This document shows, in pieces, positions 11,241 through 23,185 of a stretch of DNA of 64,000 bases. Every line of letters starts with the position of its first letter. Position 1 is the first letter of the stretch. The notes beneath the pieces are model-generated. The model saw only the letters and a program-made list of their open reading frames with translations. It ran no database searches and was not told the DNA's origin. This DNA comes from Octopus bimaculoides (lineage: Eukaryota): positions 37,372,222-37,436,221 of the forward strand of contig NC_068985.1 of the NCBI RefSeq assembly GCF_001194135.2, in the 5' to 3' direction. Position numbers and translations under genes: made by a program.

Positions 11241-12074
11241 NNNNNNNNNNNNNNNNNNNNNNNNNNNNNNNNNNNNNNNNNNNNNNNNNNNNNNNNNNNN
11301 NNNNNNNNNNNNNNNNNNNNNNNNNNNNNNNNNNNNNNNNNNNNNNNNNNNNNNNNNNNNNNNNNNNNNNNNNNNNNNNNNNNNNNNNNNNNNNNNNNNN
11401 NNNNNNNNNNNNNNNNNNNNNNNNNNNNNNNNNNNNNNNNNNNNNNNNNNNNNNNNNNNNNNNNNNNNNNNNNNNNNNNNNNNNNNNNNNNNNNNNNNNN
11501 NNNNNNNNNNNNNNNNNNNNNNNNNNNNNNNNNNNNNNNNNNNNNNNNNNNNNNNNNNNNNNNNNNNNNNNNNNNNNNNNNNNNNNNNNNNNNNNNNNNN
11601 NNNNNNNNNNNNNNNNNNNNNNNNNNNNNNNNNNNNNNNNNNNNNNNNNNNNNNNNNNNNNNNNNNNNNNNNNNNNNNNNNNNNNNNNNNNNNNNNNNNN
11701 NNNNNNNNNNNNNNNNNNNNNNNNNNNNNNNNNNNNNNNNNNNNNNNNNNNNNNNNNNNNNNNNNNNNNNNNNNNNNNNNNNNNNNNNNNNNNNNNNNNN
11801 NNNNNNNNNNNNNNNNNNNNNNNNNNNNNNNNNNNNNNNNNNNNNNNNNNNNNNNNNNNNNCTTGAATTTAATTATTATGCGCATATATATATATTGATA
11901 CATAAACATCTAGGAAGATATATGCGTCTAGAACTGAATGTTAATTTTATACGAGCCCTTATACACGTCTCATAACGCGTCCTGCTGCTATGTGAAGAGT
12001 TTTCATAAAATATTGGCCAGTGTGCTCCCTAGCCTCTTGAATGCTAATAACCTTTGCAATTCCAGAAATGGAAT

Positions 12075-12101
12075 ATATATATGCACACACACACACACAC
12101 A

Positions 12102-12140
<39 letters not shown>

Positions 12141-12419
12141 CCGCACGCACGCATACAGACACGCAGGCACGCACACCCGCACACACGCATACACACACAC
12201 ACAGATATTTATATGAATACAGTTAGGAACATGTTAACCTCCAATTCTAAAGATAAATAAATCATTAGTTACCGACCACATACAAAACTTAGAAACTAAC
12301 AAAGGTTGTAATGTAACACGCAGGCAATTATACCCAGTCAAACAAGTACGTTCACAAATTATGCAAACACATACTCCTTGCACATGAACACATACACACT
12401 CAAGTGAGCTTTTGTGTAA

Positions 12420-12454
<35 letters not shown>

Positions 12455-12554
12455 GAGATAGAGAGATAGAGAGAGAGATGCCTTTTATATACTATGTATT
12501 ATGAATGTGCATATATACATACATATATATACATATGCACATACATATATACCA

Positions 12555-12615
<61 letters not shown>

Positions 12616-13005
12616 TATCTGCATAGATATAGTCATATATGCATACATAAATACACATTCGCATGCGCACATGTACACACTCACACAATCACAAACACAC
12701 ATACAAATACACACACACACACACACACACATGCCACACACAGTAGCTTGACTTTGCTTACACTGATATGTATATATGTGTACATATATGCGTACACACA
12801 GCTGCACACGCACACACACGCACACACACACACATGCAGACACATGTATATGTTATATCATTTGACAGGCCTTACGATTGTGGGTATATATGTGTATATG
12901 TGTATTTGTATATATGTGTACACACACGCACTCACACACAGACATACACACACCCACACACACACACACACACACACACCCATATATATATATATATATA
13001 TACAC

Positions 13006-13036
<31 letters not shown>

Positions 13037-13095
13037 TGTGTATGTGTGTGCGTGTATGTGTGCGCGCGCGTGCGCGCGTGAGTGCGTGTGCGTAA
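12075..13095. repeat. Dense compound microsatellite region (CA)n/(TA)n/(TG)n/(GA)n
   Basis: Directly visible; explains the ORF-track entries in this interval. Confidence 0.9.
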
Positions 13096-13589
13096 TACTT
13101 GATAGGCCTTACGGTTGTGTATGTATTTGTGGTTAATTTTGCGAGAGGAATGAACTATGTGATTCTCTCTCCAAAAAGAAAGATTTATGTTCATTTATTA
13201 GACAAACCCAATAAAGAAAAGAAGGAAATTGCAGATAGAAAGGAAAAAAAAAAATAAATGAAGATAAATAAAGATTTCATTTCGTAATTTCATAGCTATA
13301 ATATAAATGATTCTATCGCATGATATATTGAAATAATCTTAAACTACTTACTTTGCTAATGAGATTTTGTTTATTCTATATCTAAAAGCTAAAATCCAAC
13401 TATTATTCCATCTTGGCGCCAAATATCCACTTATACAAAGTTTGTTGAAAAAAAATAAACGATTTTAAATCTCACTTCTTCAAAACTTTACAGTTAGGGA
13501 TCGTTCTTGGTTATTTTGAACTGCTATGACGTTTAGTTACTTCTGGAGGAATGAAAGACGAAGCTGGCTGATATCGTGTCTACTCTTAG

Positions 13590-14005
13590 CATAAGGCCTG
13601 AAATTTGGCGGGAGCAGGTCAACCAATTATATTGAACCCAAAGATGGTGAGCTGGCAGAATCGTTAGCACGCCGAGCGAAATGCTTAGCGGTATTTCGTC
13701 TGTCGCTACGTTCTGAGTTCAAATTCCGCCGAGGTCAACTTTCATCCTTTCGGGGGTCGATAAATTAAGTACCAGTTGCGTACTGGGGTCGATATAATCG
13801 ACTGGCCCCCTTCCCCGCCCCAAATTTCAGAGCTTGTGTCTATAGCAAGAAAAGATTATATTGAACCCAGTGATCAACTGGCAATTATTTTATCGAGCTG
13901 GAAAGGATGAAAGGTAAAGTCGAACTCGATGGAATTTGAACTCAGAACGTAAAGTCGGAAGAAATGCCGCCAAGCAATTAGCCCAGCGTGCTATCCATTC
14001 AACTA
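13590..14005 (-). mobile_element. SINE family A (minus strand) interrupted by a plus-strand family A copy
   Basis: Tail fragment AAGGCCTGAAATTTGG at about 13592 and body GAAAGGATGAAAGGTAAAGTCGAACTCGATGGAATTTGAACTCAGAACGT at 13870-14000 are split by the 13641-13854 insertion. Confidence 0.8.
13641..13854 (+). mobile_element. SINE family A, nested, with 15-bp target-site duplication
   Basis: Near-consensus body; ATTATATTGAACCCA at 13626-13640 and 13855-13869. Confidence 0.9.
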
Positions 14006-14390
14006 AGTCAACACTTGGAATTTGACTGATGCTGAGAGACAAAAAATATCCGCCAAATTAAATAATAATAATAAGGTTAATCACTACGTCTTCGCTCGTC
14101 CTTTACTAGAAGCAGGAAGCAGAACTTGAAATTATTGATTCTCTTAAATAAGGAAGTGCTCGTTAAATAACGTCATCCTTCATGACTGTAAATATATGAG
14201 ATATTTGCTACCGGAACAGTTTTGATCATAAATCTGCTCGATGAGAGCTGAAGTGAGGCCGCCATATACCAATATCAATAGTGATTTGAAATTTTGGCGC
14301 AAGAGCTAGGAAATTCAAGAGAGGGGGGGCAAGTCGATTACATACGGACGAAAGGCCGCAATACCAACATCAATATTACTAGTTAAAGTC

Positions 14391-15057
14391 TAAGGCGGCG
14401 AACTCGCAGGTTCATTAGCATGCCGGATAAAATGCTTAGCGGCATTTCATCCGTCTTTACATTCTGCGTTCAAATTCCGCCGAGTTTGATTTTTACCTTT
14501 CATCCTTTCGGAGGTTGATAAAATAAATACCAGTTGAACACTGGTGTCAATGTAATCGATTTATCTCCTCCTCGAAATTGCTGGCCTTGTGCCTAAATTT
14601 AAAATCAATATTACTAGTTGGTGAACTGGCAGAATCATTAGCACGTCGAGCAAATGCTTCGCGGCATTTCGTCCGTCTTTACGTCCATGATCCAAATGAC
14701 ACTAGGGTCGACATTCCCTTTCATACTCGCGGGGTCGATAATATAAGTACCAGTTGAGCACTGGGGCAGATTTAACTGACTTCGCCACCACTAGAAACTG
14801 CCGGCCTTTGGCCAAAATATGAAACCAATATTACTAGTTAACGCATAAGGCGGCGAGCTGGCTGAATTGTTAGCGCACCGGGAGAAATGCTTATCGGTAT
14901 TTCGCCCATCGCTACGATCTGAGTTCAAATTCCACCGAGGTCGACTTTGCATTTCATCCTTTCAGGGTCGATTAAATAAGTATCAGTTACGCACTGGGTC
15001 GATGTAATCCACTTAACCCCCTCCCCTAAGCTGCCCTTGTGGCAAAAATTTGAAATC
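14391..15057 (+). mobile_element. Three head-to-tail SINE family A copies (about 14391-14605, 14620-14825, 14846-15057)
   Basis: Each has the GGCGA(A/G)CTGGCAG head and ...GGCCTTGTGCC(A)AAATTTGAAATCAAT-type tail; each is preceded by CAATATTACTAGTT (14371, 14606, 14826). Confidence 0.9.
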
Positions 15058-15682
15058 ATTACTTATTAAAGCATATAGCATACTAATTAAAGCATATAGC
15101 ATATATTACTAATTAAAGCATATGGCGTGCCATTGAGATGTTCCTGTTAACATTAAAAACCTAATAGACAGTAATGATGTAGTAGCGTTGTTTAAATGAA
15201 AGAAAAGAAGTCGATCTCCGTAAGATTTGAACTCAAAATATAATGAAAAATACCGTAATGAAATATAACATAATGAAATTGCAAATAGTATCTTGTCTGA
15301 CTCTTTACGGATTTTGATAATCCTCTTCCCTACGTTATATTCATTGTCCACTATCATAAATTATTTAATGATATCAATGCGATATGTGGCGGAAGAGCAG
15401 AGATTTAAAGCATTGTTATAATTGATTAAATCAGCAGCGATAATTAACTGGTAGTTATTTCATTAATATGGCAGAAATGAATAGCAAATTCGAATTGAGC
15501 GAGTTTTGATCTGAAAACAAAGAAGTGCGAAAAAAACTAGTTTGCCAAACTTCCTACAGATCTTGTCAGTATACACTTACACGCGCACCCCCCCCCACAC
15601 ACACACATACACACACACACATATGCATTTGCATGCAAACACACATACATACATACATACATATTTATATATATATATATAT

Positions 15683-15841
15683 GCGCAGGAGTGGCTGTGT
15701 GGTAAGTAACTTGCTTACCAACCACATGGACCCTGATTCAGTCCCATTGCGTGGCACCTTAGGTAAGTGTCTTCTACTATAGCCTCGGGCGGACCAAAGC
15801 CTTGTGAGTGGATTTGGTAGGCGGAAACTAGAAGTACGTCG

Positions 15842-15883
<42 letters not shown>

Positions 15884-16088
15884 TGTGACTGTTTGTCCCC
15901 CCAGCATCGCTCAGCAACCGATGCTGGTGTGTTTACGTCCCCGTAACTTAGCGGTTCGGCAAAAGAGACCGATAGAATAAGTACTAGGCTTACAAAGAAT
16001 AAGCTCTGGGGTCGATTTGCTCGACTATACAAGTGGTGCTCTAGCACGGCCGCAGCCGAATAACTGAAACAAGTAAAAGAGTAAAAAA
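15683..16088 (+). mobile_element. tRNA-derived SINE, family C (about 400 bp, internal microsatellite)
   Basis: GCGCAGGAGTGGCTGTGTGGTAAG...GGCACCTTAGGTAAGTGTCTTCTACTATAGCCTCGGG...(TA)n(TG)n...TTTACGTCCCCGTAACTTAGCGGTTCGGC...GAAACAAGTAAAAGAGTAAAA; homologous to 19838-20246 and 44861-45290. Confidence 0.9.
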
Positions 16089-16120
16089 GTATATATATAC
16101 ATACATACATACATATATAT

Positions 16121-16194
<74 letters not shown>

Positions 16195-17439
16195 GTGTGG
16201 TGTGTATGTTTGTATGTATGTATGTACGCATGTACATATGTATTAATGTATGTTTACATCGGTGTGTGTATGCGAGTGTGGGTGTGTTGATTGAGATTTA
16301 CTGAAGAGAAAGCAGAAAACTGAGATATTCATATCTTCTCTACCGGGCATGAATCTATTCCAACCAACCTAGAATCCAAACCAGGTCATGATTTCCTTTA
16401 TCGTAAATTTAGCAGCACACAATACAACAACACTCTATAATACTACACAGAATAATGCTATACAACATCAGTTTATTTCTTTCCAACAATAAATGTTAAG
16501 AATGAATGGAAACGAATTTCACGTTGTATTAAGAACTTGAGAATTATCTCCGCTGCCGCCCACAAACATAAAATAGGGTTTTGCTATTGAAGAAGTATTG
16601 TTCCTTAAATTATAGAGAAATTTCAGTAAATACAGACAGTGTTTTATATCGGCCGTAAGTAAATTGTTGGTGTTGATAGGTCCACAAACTTGACAACTTA
16701 ACACGTTACCCTTTCGCATAGGGCGGAGAACTTTCATGGATATTTGATACCGTTTTAACGCTGCTAATGAACATACTAGCTTTTGTATGCATACAGTTGT
16801 TGTATAGGGCTTCGAAAGAATACTAGTCCTCACATAGAAAAGAGTATTCTCCTGTTAGACGGTTATATATGAATGAATGAAAAATAAACAAAGTAAACGA
16901 CGTGTTAGAAAGCAAAAAAATAGAGTGACTTGTTTATTTAAACAAGGTCGGCAACTTGAGAGGAGTTTCTTTTCTTTAAGTAAACCACCTGCGAGATGTG
17001 ATAAAGCTAAAAGATCTGTAGCAATTAGTGTCGATCTGAATGCAAATAAATTATATTGACTTATTGACTTAGTATGCTATTGCTTTTGTAGTTATGTATC
17101 TCACATCAACTCTGTCAGTAAATCTAAAACACAGTAAACAGTTGACTGGAAGAAGCAGACAAACTAATATCAGAGTTTCTACTGGTAAAGTTGTCTCTTT
17201 AGTGACTCTATTTTTGGAAGTTGTTTCAAAATTTAAAACTACAACTTGTGGTTCTCAGTTCTAAACTGGTAGGGCCATTTACTAAGATTTGACTGTTAAA
17301 TAGAGTATGTCGACTAAATTCGTTAAAGGACTCTCTCTATCTTGTAGTCTCATAGTGTTTTTGTCTAATCTAGCTCATTCCTGATAGATCAGTTTATGAC
17401 CGTCCATCTTTTTAGTTTCATGCAGACGTAAACACGCCA

Positions 17440-17610
17440 CGCATCTCACCATTGCTTGACAACCAATGTTGCTATGTTTACGTCCCCGTAACTTAGCGGT
17501 TCGGCTAAAAATTGATAGAATAAGTCCTGGGGTCTATTTGTTCGACTAAAGGCGGTACTCCAGCATGGCCGCAGTCAAATGACTGAAACAAGCAAAAGAA
17601 TAAAAGAATA
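17440..17610 (+). mobile_element. SINE family C, 5'-truncated
   Basis: TTGCTTGACAACCAATG...TTTACGTCCCCGTAACTTAGCGGTTCGGC...CAGCATGGCCGCAGTCAAATGACTGAAACAAG. Confidence 0.85.
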
Positions 17611-18100
17611 TATATTTGTATATATTTGTATATTCATATACATTAGCACATTACCATAGTTTCATTTTAAAAAAAGCATAAATGATCTGTGTATAATGTA
17701 ATTTCAAATTCTGGTAATACATCTGATATTTAGAAATGGGGAAAATACTGTTCTTGCTCGCATCATTTCTAGATCACCTTATCTTAGTATGAAGTAAAGG
17801 TAAGATAATCAAAATGAGATTCGAGTTAGGGAGCTGTTACTAGTGAAATGGTCTCATAAAAACATTAACTCCTGTACTGATAATATTCGTACCAAATTTG
17901 ACTGCTTTAAAATTGCTCAATAATGCATTCTATAGGTTACTCACACACTCTCACACACACACACATACACACACACATACACACACACACACATGCGCAC
18001 ACACATACATACACTCATACTCACTTACGCACACGCGTGTCTCTGTCTGTTTGTCTGTCTCCCTCTCTCACTTCATATATATATATGTATATATATATAT

Positions 18101-18341
18101 AGTAGTGAGGGAAAACAAACAATTAGGCAAGTCATGACAAGGACATTTAATTTAATCTAATTTAGCTAAATAACGAATGGTAAAATAGTAAAAAATAGTT
18201 TTTTAAAAACTTTTTTATTATTCTACCATTATTTTACCATTTACTATTTTACCATTCGTTATGTAGCTAAATTAGATTGAGTTAAATGAAATTAGATGTC
18301 ATTGCCACGCATTGCGTAATTATTTGCCTTCTTTGACTACT
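18101..18341. mobile_element. Palindromic MITE-like element
   Basis: 39-bp inner inverted repeat AATCTAATTTAGCTA(A/C)ATAACGAATGGTAAAATAGTAAA with one mismatch; degenerate outer arms ending AGTAGT...ACTACT. Confidence 0.75.
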
Positions 18342-18544
18342 TTAACCTACACTTACTGACTCAAAGAGAAGCCACCGTTAGCCGTTTTGAACAAGACAAT
18401 CACATAACCTCAACTTTAACTGCTGTTTATATAGAAATTTTGGTGGCATACATATTTAAGCACTCGGAACGCATACCTATTAGTTTGAGTCATCCTGACG
18501 AAAACTCCTCGTGTCCTATATACATATCCATCCATCCATCCATC

Positions 18545-18596
<52 letters not shown>

Positions 18597-19837
18597 CCAG
18601 ACAGTTAGGTGATACAAGAAAGGGACAAAACATACAGATAGACGATACAAAGAAAACACGGACAGGTCATTCGGAGTTTTCTCTCATCAGTCGAGATCCA
18701 TATTATCTTTGCAATTTCGGCTGGTTCTTCTCGATATTGCTCCAATCTGGCCAGATAGTTGAAAAGAGGTTAAGAGTCCATACAGATAAATGTTATGGTT
18801 AAAAAGTGAAGTTGGAAAAGGCACAAACGTATATTTTAGAGAATGTTTAATAGTTTTCTTATAGTGAGTGAGTTAAAATATAACCGGTTTCTATGTATCC
18901 ATCAAATCAAATATCAAAAAGAATCGTTTTGGAAGCCAAAGGAAAAAAATTGGTGGTTAACAACTTTTACCCATGTTTGAAATTTAGTGCATAGTGAAAT
19001 TTTACATTGGAGTCATTTCTTATATATGTTTGTCTATGTAAGGCTTGAAGTGGGGGTTGATGAGTTCAAGTTCCAGAAATTCTATTGGAAAGAAATATTT
19101 TGAATTGAATAGGCAGTTTCTATTCCAGGTATGGCCAGCTTTTTGTCTGTGTGTGGTCCTGGAATATATTGTCAGAACATTTTTCTTTTTTCTATTGAGT
19201 GAATATGGTCAGTGGTGAAGTGGCTATTTTTAAGGATAGTTATTCAAAGGATGGGTAATGTGTATGTGTGTGTGTGTTTGTGTGCATCTGTATGTGAATG
19301 TGTGTGTGTGTGTGTATGTGTGTGTATGTGTGTGTGTGTGTTTGTTTGTATTCTGTAATGTGTGTGATGTTTTGTTTCGTATATGTGTGTGGTGTGTATG
19401 TATGTAGTATATATGTGTGTGAGTACATGTGGTAGATGTGTATATGTGTATGTGTGGTATTTTTAGTGGTATATGTGTTGTCTTTTATGGTATATATGTG
19501 TGCATATACGTTTTTTTGTTTTTTGGAAATATGTTCTGTAATTTATGTTGTGTGTGTTTGGCTTTATGGGAATGTTATGTGTGTGTGTGTGTTATTGTGG
19601 CATGTACGCTATTGTGGTGTGTGTGTTTTATTGCGGTATGATGTGAAAATATTTCATTAGTACCTATGTTATCGATAACTGATTGCTAGAAATAATATCA
19701 ATAATGGAGGAACCTGAATTCAGAAGAAACGTTTACCATTCCACAGGATAAAGCAATAGTTAGATACGAGTTACCATTTATTCCTAAGAATTCTTCACCA
19801 TCCTGTATTTACTATACAAAGATTTTAGAATTTTATA

Positions 19838-20246
19838 GGCGTAGGAGTGGCTGTGTGGTAAATAGCTTGCTTACCAATCACATGGTTCCGGGTTCATTCC
19901 CACTGCGTGGCACCTTGGGCAAGTGTCTTCTACTATAGCCTCGGGCCGACCAAAGCCTTGTGAGTGGATTTGGTAGACGGAAACTGAAAGAAGCCCGTCG
20001 TATATATGTATATATATATGTGTGTGTGTTTGTGTATCTGTGTTTGTCCTCCCCCCCCCCCCAACATCGCTTGACAACCGATGCTGGTGTGTTTACGTCC
20101 CCGTAACTTAGCGGTTCTGCAAAAGAGACCGATAGAATAAGTACTAGGCTTACACAGAATGTCCTGAGGTCGATTTGCTCGACTAAAGTTGATGCTCCAG
20201 CATGGCCGCAGTCAAATGACTGAAACAAGTAAAAAAGTAAAAGAGT
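19838..20246 (+). mobile_element. SINE family C, full length
   Basis: GGCGTAGGAGTGGCTGTGTGGTAAATAGC...GGGTTCATTCCCACTGCGTGGCACCTTGGGCAAGTGTC...internal (TA)/(TG)/C-run...GAAACAAGTAAAAAAGTAAAAGAG. Confidence 0.9.
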
Positions 20247-21154
20247 ATTAGCAAGGACTCTCAGACGTTCTTCATTACAATTTATGACTATGCTAGTTTT
20301 TCAACAAGGATATTTGCAACATATAAGAAATGGTTACAACTAGAAGTCAAAAATAACTGCCTGAAATGGTTAAAACAGGAGCTAATCAAAAGCGCAAGAG
20401 GCGCCAGTCGAAAGTTGTACATTTATGTCTTTAGAGTAAATAATTGCACCATTAGCGGGTGATTGGTTTATTCATTTAGTGATCAAAGTATCACCGAAGG
20501 ACAACAATCTTCACTGCTTTACTGTTAACATCACCACTATCAACAACGGTAATAAAGAGAAAACTGTATTATAAGGTAACGAAGGCTCCAGTTTGATTCG
20601 ATTGCAAGAATATATCGACTAAGATACTGAAAACAGTTCAACACACGTCTGATTATCTTTAAAATAAAAGAATTAATTAAAGCATCGAGTCTCTGAAGTA
20701 TTAAGCTTTTCAAACGAAAGTAATTAGAATTCTCACTGAAGTAATTACAATTCACACTAAAGCAACCAAGTGGGAAATTAATTTCTATGAATGAAGGGAG
20801 GGAAAGGGGAAAAAAAGAGAAAAATAACGTAAAGAAATGTAAAAGAAAATATGGAAACTTACTAGGAGTTACATGAAGTGAAATAAAAATAAAAATACAA
20901 AAAAATACACTGGGATCGTTTTACATTTGATTATAAGAAGATATTGGTTGCATTTTGAAAATCATTAACTAAAGACAAGTAACGTTGAAAATCTGTCAAA
21001 ACTTCACAACATATGGTGGAAATCACATTGCATAAAATTTACTGCTGACGTATCACGAGCTAGGCACACATACTTCCTTAAATACACACACAGACACACA
21101 CATATACATACACATAGTCACGCTTACGCATGCACACACTACACATGAAATTTC

Positions 21155-21240
<86 letters not shown>

Positions 21241-21659
21241 GTTGTGTGTCCGTGTTTGTGTGCATGTATAAATATGCGCGTATATATGAAATAAAGACAG
21301 AGAATTAAGAAGAGTCGGTGTAACATGTTTGAATAAATCAGACATTGAATTTACAAAATCATTTTAATATCAACTAGTTGTATCAACGAAAGAAACTCAA
21401 TGCTTTGCATGCACTATACGTTCGAAGATTTCCCACCTACTCTGATTTCTACGAAAAATCCCATATTGTTAGTATTGTCCAAGATTCGTGTCAAGGAGAT
21501 ACCGTTGTCTCGTTAGAGAAAAACTGAATAGTTCGCGCTTGATCAACCGCGTTCAATAACGTTACGAAACATGTCATTCACTATGAATAACTGATCTGAC
21601 ACAGGTTTAGTTTTCTATTTATCTGTCCTTTTCATTTCTTATTATATTTTTTCATTTAG

Positions 21660-21761
21660 ACCACTCACTGTCATCTCAAATCTTGTGAATGTTTAATCCT
21701 CGAAACATAAAAAGAGAAAAAAATCTGAAAGATTCTTGGTACAAATTGCCATACTACAGCA
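21660..21761 (+). other. Candidate spliced exon (possible ATG at 21689)
   Basis: Strong acceptor TTTTTTCATTTAG| and donor |GTAAGT; only open frame is MFNPRNIKREKNLKDSWYKLPYYS from an internal ATG. No homology recognised. Confidence 0.2.
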
Positions 21762-22100
21762 GTAAGTGCGATCAATATATTTCTCTTTCTCAGAATGCTA
21801 ATCTTGCATCAAGAGGGATAACATTGAAGCATTTATATCATGAACAAGGATAATGTAATTTTCATTGAGTGCAATGTTTAGAGTGTTAATATATAATACA
21901 TACTTACATGCGTAACTATTTCTGGAGGCAAAATCGCTGCTGAGTTTTCGCCGGACCTATAGGATTTTCGTGAGAATATATTCCGCCTGGTTGAATAATG
22001 CATCAGGAAAAATTCGAAATCCCAGTGAAAAGTCATTTTGCAAATAAATATTGAGTAGGGGGATTCCTATCATTGAAAATAACAGCCTAAAATTAATTTT

Positions 22101-22142
<42 letters not shown>

Positions 22143-22159
22143 CACACACACACACAAAC

Positions 22160-22198
<39 letters not shown>

Positions 22199-22500
22199 GC
22201 CGCATGGCTTAGTGGTTAAGCTGTGACACTCACGATTGCAAGATCGTGGGTACGATTTCCAGACCGGGCGTTACGTCGCGCTCTGGAGCAAAGCACTTCA
22301 TTTCACGTTGCTCTGCGACCGTTTCGACGTCTAACATGTGGCACCCGTTGCACCTGTACAGGTAATGTCGATCTGATGAAAAAAGTGAGTTTGTGTCTGA
22401 ACAAACATTTGTTCACTAGAAACAAATCCTCTGATCTGTGTGGTGTTCGTTAAGAAATTGTCAAGAAGTTCATACGTTGTCTAACGACGGAAGAGCTCTT
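22199..22500 (+). mobile_element. tRNA-derived SINE (family D-related head, distinct tail)
   Basis: GCATGGCTTAGTGGTTAAG (A box), GGGTACGATTTCCAGACCGGGC (B-box region), GAGCAAAGCACTTCATTTCACGTTGCTC shared with family D. Confidence 0.8.
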
Positions 22501-23019
22501 CAGATATATATATNNNNNNNNNNNNNNNNNNNNNNNNNNNNNNNNNNNNNNNNNNNNNNNNNNNNNNNNNNNNNNNNNNNNNNNNNNNNNNNNNNNNNNN
22601 NNNNNNNNNNNNNNNNNNNNNNNNNNNNNNNNNNNNNNNNNNNNNNNNNNNNNNNNNNNNNNNNNNNNNNNNNNNNNNNNNNNNNNNNNNNNNNNNNNNN
22701 NNNNNNNNNNNNNNNNNNNNNNNNNNNNNNNNNNNNNNNNNNNNNNNNNNNNNNNNNNNNNNNNNNNNNNNNNNNNNNNNNNNNNNNNNNNNNNNNNNNN
22801 NNNNNNNNNNNNNNNNNNNNNNNNNNNNNNNNNNNNNNNNNNNNNNNNNNNNNNNNNNNNNNNNNNNNNNNNNNNNNNNNNNNNNNNNNNNNNNNNNNNN
22901 NNNNNNNNNNNNNNNNNNNNNNNNNNNNNNNNNNNNNNNNNNNNNNNNNNNNNNNNNNNNNNNNNNNNNNNNNNNNNNNNNNNNNNNNNNNNNNNNNNNN
23001 NNNNNNNNNNNNNNNNNNN

Positions 23020-23181
23020 TTTTGATTTTATTCAGTTATGATTTTGTTCCTCTCAGATTCACACATTTATTGCAGCGGTCCTTCAGTTTTTCTCAGCCCT
23101 GTAAAAGAACTCGGAATGTTGAGCCTCCAATCAAGCATTTCGTGATACCCTTAAAAGAAAGAACTCTTCAACAACCCCTCG
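23020..23181 (-). mobile_element. Mariner-derived short deletion derivative (other end in gap)
   Basis: Minus strand begins TA|CGAGGGGTTGTTGAAGAGTTC (mariner-type TIR) and runs almost directly into a mariner C-terminus LQG*EKLKDRCNKCVNLRG; homologous to 27500-27672. Confidence 0.7.
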
Positions 23182-23185
23182 TATA

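Noticed and set aside
12485-13194. YI/HT/VC-repeat ORFs (also 1389-1858, 24969-25542, 42940-43374, 49952-50404, 63645-63971)
   Set aside because: Di/tetranucleotide repeats lack stop codons; not genes.
14371-14839. Regularly spaced 14-bp direct repeats (CRISPR-like spacing)
   Set aside because: The intervening sequences are homologous approximately 220-bp SINEs rather than unique spacers; eukaryotic context and no cas genes.
17735-17800. MGKILFLLASFLDHLILV signal-peptide-like start with nearby GTATGA/GTAAGA donors
   Set aside because: Only 17-18 codons, ends in a stop unless a weak donor is used, and no linked exon is identifiable.
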